NCBI GenBank assembly: GCA_007118135.1
Contig: SKSE01000154.1
Location: 5,465-69,464, forward strand
Reading direction: 5' to 3'
DNA length: 64,000 bases
Source of the DNA: Bacteroidales bacterium
Lineage (GTDB): Bacteria > Bacteroidota > Bacteroidia > Bacteroidales > UBA7960
Shown piece by piece: positions 1 to 9,684 of this stretch; the first letter of the stretch is position 1; every line of letters starts with the position of its first letter. The translations under genes and the position numbers were made by a program. The notes under the pieces are model-generated. The model did not search any database. It saw only the letters and a list, made by a program, of their open reading frames with translations, and had not been told where the DNA came from.

Positions 1-413
1 AGTCTCTGCGTGACCTTGTGGGAAACATGCGCATTACCGCCATGGCGATTGGGCTTGCCGGGGTAAGTTTAATCGGGCTTCCCCCGAGTGGCGGCTTTAT
101 GGCCAAATGGATGCTTCTTAAAGGAATCTTTCTAAGCGGTCAATGGTGGTGGGCTCCTGTGGTACTTGCGGGTAGTTTACTCACTGCCGGCTATGTTTTT
201 ATGCTTTTGCGTCTGGCTTTTGCCCCTGCCCGTGAAATGGGTACGTTCAAACCGGTTCCCAAAAGTCTTGAAATAGTTGCCCTAATTCTTGCACTGGGTT
301 CCTTTTTGATAGTTTTTCCGGCAGATTATATGATCCAGTTTCTGGAAAGCACCGGAGTCTTTGGCTCTGGTATTGAATCAATAGTGGAAGGAGGTGCCTA
401 TGGAAACGACTAG
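1..413 (+). CDS. C-terminal part of a NuoN/MrpD-family antiporter-like membrane subunit (5' end outside window)
   Basis: Frame is open from base 3. The tail ...IGLPPSGGFMAKWMLLKG... is the conserved last TM block of complex-I N/M and MrpD-type subunits. It overlaps the next paralog by 20 nt. Confidence 0.7.
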   Translation, partial: SLRDLVGNMRITAMAIGLAGVSLIGLPPSGGFMAKWMLLKGIFLSGQWWWAPVVLAGSLLTAGYVFMLLRLAFAPAREMGTFKPVPKSLEIVALILALGSFLIVFPADYMIQFLESTGVFGSGIESIVEGGAYGND

Positions 414-1896
414 CGTATTGCCTTTGCTGATCCTTGTTAGCTCCCTAATTCCCGGTACACTGATTCTGTTGTTGCGGGAAGAACAGGTCGCTCTCCGTAC
501 TTTTCTTAACCTCTCCGGGGCAGTTGCCAAAGTGGGTCTGATCGCCTGGGTATTTGTCGGTTACCTGCGCGGCCAGGAGTATACCTTTTTCTTCAGGCTG
601 GCTCTTGACCTGACCTTTTCGCTGCGGGTAGATCAACTGGGTCTTTTCTTTGCTGCTCTCTCGGCGGTGCTTTGGCTGGTAACTACCCTGTATGCCATCG
701 GCTATCTGGAAGGTGGAAAGCACCGCAGGCGGTTTTTTGCTTTTTTTAGTCTCTGTGTAACCGCCAGTACCGGTATTGCCCTGTCGGGGAATGTGCTCAC
801 TTTCTTCATATTCTATGAATTTTTAACGTTGTCGACCTATCCGTTGGTTGTTCACCGGGGGACCGATAAGGCCGTGGAAGCTGGCCGAACCTACCTGTGG
901 TATACCATTGGCGGGGGTACAGTTCTGTTTTTGGGTGTGGTTGGTTTGTTTGTGCTTGCCGGCCCTATCTATTTCGGACAGACCGAAATCATCGCAGACC
1001 TGATTTCGGTTTACCCGACTCAATTGTCTATTCTTTTTTTCATTTTATTAACGGGCCTGGCAGTTAAAGCAGCGATCTTTCCCCTACACGGATGGTTGCC
1101 TGTCTCGATGGTTGCACCGGCACCGGTCAGCGCGCTCCTGCATGCCGTAGCCGTAGTTAAGGCCGGGGCCTTCGGCATTGTCCGTCTGGTTTATGATGTT
1201 TATGGTATCGGAGTTGCCGAACATATGAACTATCTGAACGTGTTGGCGGTATTTGCCGCTTTTACGATTATCTATGGATCTCTCCGGGCTTTGTTTCAGG
1301 ATGATTTTAAAAAACGGCTCGCCTACTCCACGGTCAGCCAGCTTTCCTATATAGCCCTCGGGGTGGCCATTCCGGGAGTTCTAACCTCTACCGGAGCGAT
1401 TGTACACCTGGTTCATCAGGGAATCATGAAGATTACCATGTTTTTCGCAGCCGGGAATGTTGCAGAAACCTATGGTTACAAAAATATTAGCCAGTTAAAC
1501 GGTATCGGCCGGCGCATGCCCTTCACCATGGGGGCTTTCACCATAGCTGCTTTTGGAATGATCGGACTGCCCCCGGTTGCCGGATTCATCAGTAAATGGT
1601 ATCTCGGCCTTGGTGCAGTAGAGACCGGAAGCTATTGGGTGGTATTTGTTCTCCTCGCAAGCAGTGCGTTGAACGCAGCTTATTTTCTGCCCATCGTTTA
1701 CCGTGCGTGGTTTTATGAGCCAGAGTACGAGGTATCCAGGCTGCGAAGTTCTGGCCGCCTTGAGACCCAGGCTTTATTATTAATCCCGGTGGTTGTTACC
1801 GGCCTGCTCTCCCTTGCTGCAGGAGTATTTGCTGCTGCAGGCGGCAGTCCGCTGTCTATCGCCCGTGAAATCGCCGAAAAACTTTACATGCCATGA
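394..1896 (+). CDS. Mrp/Mnh antiporter subunit D-like (NuoM/N family) membrane protein, 500 aa
   Basis: Polytopic membrane protein with family blocks: FIFYEFLTLSTYPLV, PLHGWLPVSMVAPAPVSALLHAVAVVKAG, KRLAYSTVSQLSYI, GLPPVAGFISKW. Confidence 0.8.
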   Translation: MPMETTSVLPLLILVSSLIPGTLILLLREEQVALRTFLNLSGAVAKVGLIAWVFVGYLRGQEYTFFFRLALDLTFSLRVDQLGLFFAALSAVLWLVTTLYAIGYLEGGKHRRRFFAFFSLCVTASTGIALSGNVLTFFIFYEFLTLSTYPLVVHRGTDKAVEAGRTYLWYTIGGGTVLFLGVVGLFVLAGPIYFGQTEIIADLISVYPTQLSILFFILLTGLAVKAAIFPLHGWLPVSMVAPAPVSALLHAVAVVKAGAFGIVRLVYDVYGIGVAEHMNYLNVLAVFAAFTIIYGSLRALFQDDFKKRLAYSTVSQLSYIALGVAIPGVLTSTGAIVHLVHQGIMKITMFFAAGNVAETYGYKNISQLNGIGRRMPFTMGAFTIAAFGMIGLPPVAGFISKWYLGLGAVETGSYWVVFVLLASSALNAAYFLPIVYRAWFYEPEYEVSRLRSSGRLETQALLLIPVVVTGLLSLAAGVFAAAGGSPLSIAREIAEKLYMP

Positions 1897-3650
1897 TCTG
1901 GTTTCTCACTATATTATTACCTCTGATGGCTGCGATAATCGCCCCTTTTACACCCGTTGGAAGGAGATTGTCCGGAATTATTTTTTTCACGGCCACTTTA
2001 CCCGCAATATGGCTTGGTCTGGTGGAAGTATCCGGGGTCACAGCACAGTGGTTTATTTTGGAATCGCACTTTTCTCTCGATACACCAAGACGAATTATCC
2101 TACTGCTGACCGGCATCCTTTGGGCTACCTCTGGTCTTTTCGCAGGGTCATATCTAAAAGATGATAAGCGACGCAATGAGTTTTCATTTTATTTTGGCGC
2201 TGCGATGGCTGGTAATTTCGGACTTTTAATCTCTGCCGAAGTAGCTTCATTTTACACCTTTTTTGCCCTAATGACTTTTGCTTCCTATGGCCTGGTTATT
2301 CATAACCGGACCCCGTTTGCCCGGCAGGCGGCTAAAATTTATCTGGTGATGGCGATCATTGGAGAGCTTTTTCTAATCACAGCATTATATCTTGCCGTGC
2401 AGAGTGCCGGCAGTATGCTACTTGCCGATATTCCTGCAGCTCTGGCTCAGGCGCCCAATGGCCGGTTCATTTTCTTGCTTGGCCTTATTGGCTTTGGAGT
2501 AAAGGTCGGGGCAATACCATTGTATTTTTGGCTTCCTTTGGCGCATCCGGCAGCTCCCGCTCCAGCCAGTGCGGTCCTTAGTGGCGCTATGATTAAAGCC
2601 GGATTGGTTGGTTGGATGCACCTTGCTCCGGTAGGTTTGGTCGAATGGCCTTCCCTGAGCTTGCTAATGGTATCCCTGGGATTTATGTCAGCATTAGGTG
2701 CGGCTATCTATGGATTGACTCAGGTTGATCCCAAAACCAATCTCGCTTATTCAAGTATCAGCCAAATGGGGGTTATGACTGTAATTCTGGGTATAGGGTT
2801 GTATGGTGGTATCCCGGCCGGGTTGTTACTTCCGGCAGTTGCTCTTTATGCATTTAATCACGGAACAGCCAAAGCCCTTTTATTTATGGGCACAGCACTA
2901 CCTGCCAAGGTCGGCGGTTCATGGCGAATACTTATGTGGGCAGGTTTAGGGATAGGAGTTTTGGCTATAGCAGGCGGACCACTTACCGGTGGGCTTTGGA
3001 CCAAATATCTGCTAAAAACGTTCCTTGGTGAAACAACTCTGCCGGGGGCTCAAACCTTTTTACTTTTACTTACGCTTTCTGCTGTAACAACGACTTTATT
3101 ACTTAGCCGTTTCTTACACCTTTTGTCTAAGATTAAGGCACCTTCTGAAAATGTGGCACCGGCTTTCCTGATTCCATGGATACTTCTTTTGCTTGCTGGC
3201 GGCTGGTGGACAATGTCACCAATTCTTTTACCCGCAGAATTAATGAACTACATTACAAAAGAAAAGGGCATTATGGCTTTTTTCTGGAATCTGTTCACCA
3301 ACTGGAGCGCAATTTGGCCAATAACACTAGGGGCGTTTCTTATGGCTTTTACCCTGAAATTTGCCACTCTCAACAGGTGGCCAACGAAAGAGCCTCTCTT
3401 GCCTCCGGGCGATTTTGTTCACATAATCCTATTGTCAGGAGATTCGGTTACAAAGGTATTTCAGAAGGGAATTTCCTTGCTGCAGTCCTTCATGCAATCG
3501 TTAAACGGCCCCGAAAAAATATTTTACAATATTTCAGATGACAAACGAACACAACAAATCAGTAATTCTGCTGAAGCCTTACTTCGCCGTTGGGAATTTG
3601 TTGGAATAGGCTTTTTTGTTTTTTTCCTGACCATGTTTTTCTTTCTATGA
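1893..3650 (+). CDS. Third NuoL/M/N-MrpA/D family membrane subunit, 585 aa, with a C-terminal extension of about 190 aa
   Basis: ATGA overlap with the upstream gene. Motifs PLYFWLPLAHPAAPAPASAVLSGAMIKAG and NLAYSSISQMG. The last ~190 aa lack family motifs. Confidence 0.75.
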   Translation: MIWFLTILLPLMAAIIAPFTPVGRRLSGIIFFTATLPAIWLGLVEVSGVTAQWFILESHFSLDTPRRIILLLTGILWATSGLFAGSYLKDDKRRNEFSFYFGAAMAGNFGLLISAEVASFYTFFALMTFASYGLVIHNRTPFARQAAKIYLVMAIIGELFLITALYLAVQSAGSMLLADIPAALAQAPNGRFIFLLGLIGFGVKVGAIPLYFWLPLAHPAAPAPASAVLSGAMIKAGLVGWMHLAPVGLVEWPSLSLLMVSLGFMSALGAAIYGLTQVDPKTNLAYSSISQMGVMTVILGIGLYGGIPAGLLLPAVALYAFNHGTAKALLFMGTALPAKVGGSWRILMWAGLGIGVLAIAGGPLTGGLWTKYLLKTFLGETTLPGAQTFLLLLTLSAVTTTLLLSRFLHLLSKIKAPSENVAPAFLIPWILLLLAGGWWTMSPILLPAELMNYITKEKGIMAFFWNLFTNWSAIWPITLGAFLMAFTLKFATLNRWPTKEPLLPPGDFVHIILLSGDSVTKVFQKGISLLQSFMQSLNGPEKIFYNISDDKRTQQISNSAEALLRRWEFVGIGFFVFFLTMFFFL

Positions 3651-3766
3651 TAACTATTAAGGCAATGAAATATCCGTGATAAAGCTTTTAACTCACAACA
3701 AGTGCTCACTAAGAAAGATAATAAGATGTAAATGGATTTCATTCAATAACTTTAAAAATAATTCGC

Positions 3767-4270
3767 ATGAATACCGGCATTAAAAACCTGAAAACAAGCA
3801 TCCTGATCAAAAGCTTTCTTTTGCGATTTGTTATATTCGCAGCAGGTTGGTTTGTATTGGTAGGCGGACGGCAACTTAGCGACATATTTTTCATGATTCT
3901 TTTTATAGTTGCTACTACTGTTATCAGCATTTATACAGTGCCCCCCGGGCAATGGCTTATTCGCCCCCTTGAGGTTGTCCGGTTTTTTCCCTATTTTCTT
4001 TTAATGGCTTTGCGTGGTGGCTGGGATGTGGCACATCGGGTATTCTTTCCAAAGATTCCCATTGACCCTGATTTTGTAACCATTGAACACGACCGAGATC
4101 CACGAAAAACTCTGGTTCTTGCCTGGGTAATAAGCCTGCTTCCGGGCACAGCCAGTTCCATCATCACCGAAGATAGTATAGTCGTACATGTTCTCGATAA
4201 AAAACTCCCTGTAATCGAAGAAATTATGGAATTACAAAACCGAATCAACAAAATGTTTGTGAGTGGCTAA
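3767..4270 (+). CDS. Na+/H+ antiporter subunit E (MnhE/MrpE)-like
   Basis: 167 aa with two N-terminal TM helices. The block LVLAWVISLLPGTASSIITEDSIVVHVLD matches the MrpE pattern ...ITLTPGT...L.VH..D. Confidence 0.65.
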   Translation: MNTGIKNLKTSILIKSFLLRFVIFAAGWFVLVGGRQLSDIFFMILFIVATTVISIYTVPPGQWLIRPLEVVRFFPYFLLMALRGGWDVAHRVFFPKIPIDPDFVTIEHDRDPRKTLVLAWVISLLPGTASSIITEDSIVVHVLDKKLPVIEEIMELQNRINKMFVSG

Positions 4271-4356
4271 GCTCTGATTTTTATATAATTACTATTGCCA
4301 TTACCGAAGAGTAGATAAAAAATGCGATTATTTAAGAAGAGAAAAATCCTTGAAGT

Positions 4357-6120
4357 ATGAAAAAAAAATCACTTATCAGCGTTTTATTTGCCATTTTTCT
4401 GATTTCCTGTAATTCTATTCCAGAAGGTACAGGTTTTGACGAACCCAACGACCCCAATCCCATCTCACTTGAATTATGGGAAAATGCAGAGTCGGGCTTT
4501 CAGGTTGCATTTGGTAGCATCGATTGGCGATATGAATATCATTATCCTCCTGAAACAGCAGGCATAAAAAACTGGACGGGTTCGGGCTGGAGGGGAGAAA
4601 TATTAAATCTGCAGCTTAAATTATGGAGCAAGGAGCCTGTGCAAGGAATCCGAATAAATGCCACTTCACTTTTTTCGCAAAGTGATGATGAAATTGCAAA
4701 GGAAAACATAAGCATTTTTCCAGTAAGATATGTGTTGACCGATGAATTCCTGACAGGATGTGGCTGGAGGGACCGCGATACTATACCTGCCTATATTGCA
4801 GCAGATATGCTGGATTATAACAGGGTATTTAATCTGGATGAAAATACCCTTCGCCCGGTTTGGCTCACCATTGAAATTCCCGAGGACTCGGCACCGGGTC
4901 TTTATGAAGGACATGTGCAAATATCATACAGAGGAGGTAAGCGAATAGAATTACCCATTAATCTGAAAGTTTATGATCTTGTTCTTCCACCACCTTCTGA
5001 ATGGAGCTTTCATCTTGACCTTTGGCAAAACCCTTTTGCTGTTGCAAGGTTTTATGATGTTGAGCCCTGGTCAGATGAACACTGGGAAATTTTACCTCCA
5101 TACCTTGAAATGCTTGCCAAAGCAGGACAAAAGTGCATCACAGCAAGTATTTTGCATCGCCCCTGGGGTGGACAAACATTCGATCATTTTGAATCTATGA
5201 TAGAATGGAAACATCTTGGTAATGGTGTTTGGGAGTTTGATTACTCTGTATTTGATCGTTGGGTTGAAATGGCGATGGACGCAGGGATTACACGACAAAT
5301 TAATTGCTATTCTATGGTGCCGTGGGGAAACCAGGTTCGATATTTTGATGCTGATTCAACTGATTTTGTTACCGTAACATTGCAACCCGGTTCTGATGAA
5401 TATGCCAAAATCTGGAGTCCGTTTTTAAAAAGTTTCCGTAATCATTTAAAAGAAAAGGGATGGCTTGATAAGACTATGATTGCCATGGACGAACGTGGTA
5501 TTGATGAAATGAGAAATATGGTTGCGCTTATAAAGGATGTTGCACCTGAATTCCGGATTGCCTATGCCGGAAATTACCTGGAAGAACTAAGCCTTGCCCT
5601 TGACGACCTTTGTGTTCATATTATTCCTGAGCTTGAAAAAGATATTATAAGTGCACGCACTAAAGAAGGACTAATTACAACTTTTTACACCATGTGCGCA
5701 AAACCTGAACATCCTAACAACTTTACTTTTTCACCTCCTGCAGAACAAGCTTGGCTGGGCTGGCATGCTTCAGCAAGAGGTTTTACAGGTTTTCTGCGCT
5801 GGGCATATAATTCATGGGTAGAAGATCCTTTGATGGATTCCCGTTTCAGGACATGGCCGGCAGGTGATACATATCAGATATACCCGGGCCCAAGAAGTTC
5901 AATAAGGTTTGAAAGACTTCGTGAGGGCATTCAGGACTATGAAAAGATCAGAATATTAAGACAATTTGCTGCTGAAACAGGGCAGGAGGAAAGACTCAGA
6001 GAGTTAGATAAAGTACTTGAAAAGTTTAATGTTCAGGAAATACAGGTAACATCGGCAGATTACTGGCTCAATAAAGGCAAAGCTGAACTTGATATACTTT
6101 CGAAATGGGCTGAGAATTGA
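4357..6120 (+). CDS. Lipoprotein, putative glycoside-hydrolase-like protein (DUF4091-type C-terminus)
   Basis: Lipobox MKKKSLISVLFAIFLISC. The C-terminal WPAGDTYQIYPG...RFERLREGIQDYEK resembles the DUF4091 signature. Function is not established. Confidence 0.5.
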   Translation: MKKKSLISVLFAIFLISCNSIPEGTGFDEPNDPNPISLELWENAESGFQVAFGSIDWRYEYHYPPETAGIKNWTGSGWRGEILNLQLKLWSKEPVQGIRINATSLFSQSDDEIAKENISIFPVRYVLTDEFLTGCGWRDRDTIPAYIAADMLDYNRVFNLDENTLRPVWLTIEIPEDSAPGLYEGHVQISYRGGKRIELPINLKVYDLVLPPPSEWSFHLDLWQNPFAVARFYDVEPWSDEHWEILPPYLEMLAKAGQKCITASILHRPWGGQTFDHFESMIEWKHLGNGVWEFDYSVFDRWVEMAMDAGITRQINCYSMVPWGNQVRYFDADSTDFVTVTLQPGSDEYAKIWSPFLKSFRNHLKEKGWLDKTMIAMDERGIDEMRNMVALIKDVAPEFRIAYAGNYLEELSLALDDLCVHIIPELEKDIISARTKEGLITTFYTMCAKPEHPNNFTFSPPAEQAWLGWHASARGFTGFLRWAYNSWVEDPLMDSRFRTWPAGDTYQIYPGPRSSIRFERLREGIQDYEKIRILRQFAAETGQEERLRELDKVLEKFNVQEIQVTSADYWLNKGKAELDILSKWAEN

Positions 6121-6255
6121 AATATACTTAGATATAATATCTATTATACAGATTTTGAGTAACTATTTGCCTGCAGAAATCATTAAAAATGGATGAGTTA
6201 TATAAACCAATCCACTTGGATTTAATAATCCAATTTTAAAAGATAATCCTGAAAA

Positions 6256-7311
6256 TCAAAACCTCTTCTGACTTGGTTGTGTGCCCTGGCTTGGATCACT
6301 TAACAAGCGTTTGGGCAAAAATCCTTTGGGATATTGGGTTACATAATCTTCACCAAAAAGCCTGTTATGTATAGCTGTGTTCTTATAGATATCCCAGTCG
6401 CGTTTACCATTTTTACGGTAGCGTAATGTTATTACTGAAGAAGTAATTACAATGAAGGTTGAATATAGTATAGCAAGCCATATCATCTGACTTTGAACCG
6501 GTTCGCTGAAACTAAGCAGAATAATAGCAAATGAAACAGGCCCGTTCTGAATTCCTGTTTCCAGTGAAATAGCTCTCTGAAAAAGCGGATATACTCCTAA
6601 AAGCCTTGAAAACCAATAACCAAAAAAGAAGCCTGCCAGTCCGAGGCCAATTGCTCCGATGTATACGCCTATGGGAGTTTGTAAGAACAAATGTCCGTGT
6701 CGGGTAAATGCCGTCAGGAGAAGATAAAGAATTACAAGAATACCCACAAAACCTGCAGTATCTTCAGCTGTTTTTGCCCAGTCGCGCCACTTTTGCCTGA
6801 TAAACATACCCATGGCAACCGGAACGAGCACAAGAATAAGTGAACTTATAATATTCATAGTGGGAATAATAAAGTCAGCTTCAGTTCCTGTAGCTTGCAT
6901 TGATGCAGATATTTGTGCTGTAAAACCTCCTGTATAAATTTTAAGCAGTATGGGCATCATAAATAAAGCCATGATGGTTGATGCGGTTGTCATGGAAATG
7001 CTCAGCGCAACCGAGCCCCTGGCAAAATAGGTAAACATATTGGATGTTGTTCCTCCAGGCAGACTGCCTATAAGAATGAGTGCAATTGCAAAAGCCGGTG
7101 GAAAGTTCAGTAATGTGGCCAGTGTAAATGCTATAAGTGGCATTAATCCAAATTGAGAAAGAAATCCAATAAATACTCCACGTGGTTTACGAATTACTGC
7201 ACGAAAATCATCAGGAGTAAGACTTGCTCCCATGCCCAGCATAATTACGAAGATCATGATAGCCAGCAGGGCCTGATCGTGGGCATATAATAATTGTGTA
7301 TTAAATTCCAT
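6256..7311 (-). CDS. Bile acid:sodium symporter (BASS) family transporter with a ~60-aa C-terminal tail
   Basis: Polytopic. Contains the family motif SLPGGTTSNMFTYFARG. Confidence 0.75.
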   Translation of the reverse strand: MEFNTQLLYAHDQALLAIMIFVIMLGMGASLTPDDFRAVIRKPRGVFIGFLSQFGLMPLIAFTLATLLNFPPAFAIALILIGSLPGGTTSNMFTYFARGSVALSISMTTASTIMALFMMPILLKIYTGGFTAQISASMQATGTEADFIIPTMNIISSLILVLVPVAMGMFIRQKWRDWAKTAEDTAGFVGILVILYLLLTAFTRHGHLFLQTPIGVYIGAIGLGLAGFFFGYWFSRLLGVYPLFQRAISLETGIQNGPVSFAIILLSFSEPVQSQMIWLAILYSTFIVITSSVITLRYRKNGKRDWDIYKNTAIHNRLFGEDYVTQYPKGFLPKRLLSDPSQGTQPSQKRF

Positions 7312-7315
7312 ATAA

Positions 7316-9247
7316 TTAATTATTTTTTATTGCTCCGTTGGTGAAAAGTTCGTCAATCACATGGTTGAATTTTTTCTCAACCACATGTCGTTTTATTTTG
7401 TATAGATTGGTAAGTTCTTTTCCAACCTCAAAGGTTACCGGAAGCATGCGAAAATCTTTTATTTGCTCATATCGCTTAAATCCATTAGATTGGGAAGTGA
7501 GTTTTCTGATCTCTTCACGAATGATTTTGTTGGCTTCAGGGTTAACCACTAACTCTTCCATAGTTCTTTCCTTAAAACCTGACATTCTGAATTCCTGCAA
7601 ACCTGGAACAATCAAAACACTTAAATACTTTTTATCCTGTCCTACAACCATACACTGATCAATAAACTGGCTTTGCTGTAGTCGCATTTCGATGGGTTCC
7701 GGTTCAACATTTTCACCACTTGAAAGAACAATGGTTGATTTTGAGCGGCCCAGAATTTTGAGGCAATGATTATGTGTAATAACGCCAAGGTCGCCGGTTC
7801 GCAGCCAGCCATCGTTGAAAGTACGTTGTGTAAGTTCAGGATTCTTGTAGTAGCCTTTCATTACCTGCGGACCTTTTATCCAAATCTCACCACGCTGTGA
7901 AAGGCCATCATCTGGAAATTTATTATTAGGATATAAAACTTCACCTGTTTCGGGCTCAATAATACGCACCTCGGTCTCCGGAATGGGTGGGCCAACTGTT
8001 CCAACTACCAGATTGTTAATGCTTCTAACCGAAATAACCGGCGATGTTTCTGTCATACCATATCCTTCCAGAACAGGAATTCCCACATAGTTAAAAAACT
8101 TATCAATATGAATAGGTAAGGCACCACCACCTGAAATAGTAGCTTTAAGGGAGCCTCCGGCACCAAGCCTTATTCGTTCAAGAACAGCAGCATTAAAGAA
8201 TCCGTACCATGGCAAAACGATAATCCAGCGAAGCACCTGAAGGGGTAAAAGCAAGGCGTGTATCCATTTGGGCTGATGCTTCATCTTCAAATACTTGTCG
8301 GTAATAAAATACTCTGAATTTTTATAGTGCTTTGCCAGGAAATAGGCAATATGGAAAAGAATTTGCCGCACCGGATGCGAGGCTTTAATGCCTTTGATTA
8401 TTCGTTCGTGAAGTTTTTCCCACAAGCGGGGAGCAGATGCCATAAAAGTAGGTTCAACATTTCGCATATCTTCTCCCAGTGTTGAAATACTGGAGTAAAA
8501 TGTACATCCGCCAAAACTTAAAGTATACATTTCAATTACACGTTCAAATATATGCCAGATGGGCAATACTGATAAAACCCTGTCGGTACAGTTATGATAG
8601 CCCGGAAGGTTTCTGATTTGCGAAACCATATTGGAATGTGTAAGCATTACTCCTTTGGGTGTACCCGTTGTTCCGGATGTGTAAATGAGAGTAAAAAGAT
8701 CATCAGGTTTAATTCCTGCAATGCGTTTTTCAGCGCGTTTATCTCCTTTTGCTCTTAATGCTGCACCCAGGTCGCATAACTCCTGTAGTTTTTTAACACC
8801 AGGTTGTGCTTGTGCTTTGGGGTCAAGGAGAATGATTTCGCGCAGTGCTGGCAACCGGCTACGGAGTTTAAGAACCCTGTTTTGCAGTTCTTCTGTTTCC
8901 ACAAAAGTAACCTCAATACCTGCATGGTCAATAATATAAAATAATTCATCGTCCGTTACGTCTCTGCCTCTAGGTACATCAGCGGCACCACTAAGTTGAA
9001 CGCCATAATCAGAGAGCATCCATTCAAAACGGTTATCTCCAAATAAGCCAACATGATCGCGTGCTTTAACACCCAGTTCAATAAGTCCTGTGGCAAGATT
9101 GAGGCCTTGTTCATAAAGACTTGAATAGGAAACAGGTTTCCATTCCAAAGCACTTTCACGAATAGCAAAGGCTGGAAGATCACCGAAACGCTCTGCTGCT
9201 TTCTGGTAGAGCAAAGCGAGGTTTTCAGTTTTGATGCGGTGTTTCAT
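7316..9247 (-). CDS. Long-chain-fatty-acid--CoA ligase (AMP-forming, ACSL/FadD-like), 643 aa
   Basis: AMP-binding motifs LIYTSGTTGTPKGVMLTHSNM, EGYGMTETSP, GWLRTGDLG. Ends 4 nt upstream of the BASS gene. Confidence 0.85.
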   Translation of the reverse strand: MKHRIKTENLALLYQKAAERFGDLPAFAIRESALEWKPVSYSSLYEQGLNLATGLIELGVKARDHVGLFGDNRFEWMLSDYGVQLSGAADVPRGRDVTDDELFYIIDHAGIEVTFVETEELQNRVLKLRSRLPALREIILLDPKAQAQPGVKKLQELCDLGAALRAKGDKRAEKRIAGIKPDDLFTLIYTSGTTGTPKGVMLTHSNMVSQIRNLPGYHNCTDRVLSVLPIWHIFERVIEMYTLSFGGCTFYSSISTLGEDMRNVEPTFMASAPRLWEKLHERIIKGIKASHPVRQILFHIAYFLAKHYKNSEYFITDKYLKMKHQPKWIHALLLPLQVLRWIIVLPWYGFFNAAVLERIRLGAGGSLKATISGGGALPIHIDKFFNYVGIPVLEGYGMTETSPVISVRSINNLVVGTVGPPIPETEVRIIEPETGEVLYPNNKFPDDGLSQRGEIWIKGPQVMKGYYKNPELTQRTFNDGWLRTGDLGVITHNHCLKILGRSKSTIVLSSGENVEPEPIEMRLQQSQFIDQCMVVGQDKKYLSVLIVPGLQEFRMSGFKERTMEELVVNPEANKIIREEIRKLTSQSNGFKRYEQIKDFRMLPVTFEVGKELTNLYKIKRHVVEKKFNHVIDELFTNGAIKNN

Positions 9248-9612
9248 TAGAAAATAATTTTGTTTAAGATGTTAAATGGAACCCACTTACAACTGATTTG
9301 CTGTCTTTTGTAAGAGCGTGGTGCAAATGTGGGTTTCATCTTATACGGTCTGATTTTAAAAATCCTTTTTTCCCCCCGGCGATGTATGAAAAGGTAGTAA
9401 AGGCCGGTTTTCAGAATGCAAATGTACGTTTAAATTAATTGTATGTAAAATTTTAACACTGATAAACGTTAAATTTTTTGTTTTGTTCATTGAGTTTTTA
9501 TTGTATAAGTTGTTATTTTACAGCAAATTGATTTTGGGATCTAGCAATAGTCTTAGGTAAATAAGCCAGCTTTTGCTGCCAAACACAGTTTCTGAAGTAT
9601 TGAATTGTTCAT

Positions 9613-9654
9613 AAAAAAAGAGGCTGACTCAAATGTCAGTTTTGAGTCAGCCTC
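9613..9654 (-). terminator. Rho-independent terminator downstream of the SSS transporter gene
   Basis: 14-bp perfect stem GAGGCTGACTCAAA / TTTGAGTCAGCCTC with a 7-nt loop. On the minus strand it is followed by a T7 run. Confidence 0.8.
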
Positions 9655-9684
9655 TCTTTCGGATGTCATAAACACCTCTATAAT

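Noticed and set aside
1-2900. Apparently higher GC in the first ~2.9 kb (Mrp paralogs) as a sign of horizontal acquisition.
   Set aside because: It rests on only a few hand-counted lines. Ala/Gly/Leu/Pro-rich membrane proteins raise GC by themselves, and the SSS transporter shows similar local values. It needs a proper sliding-window GC and codon-usage calculation.
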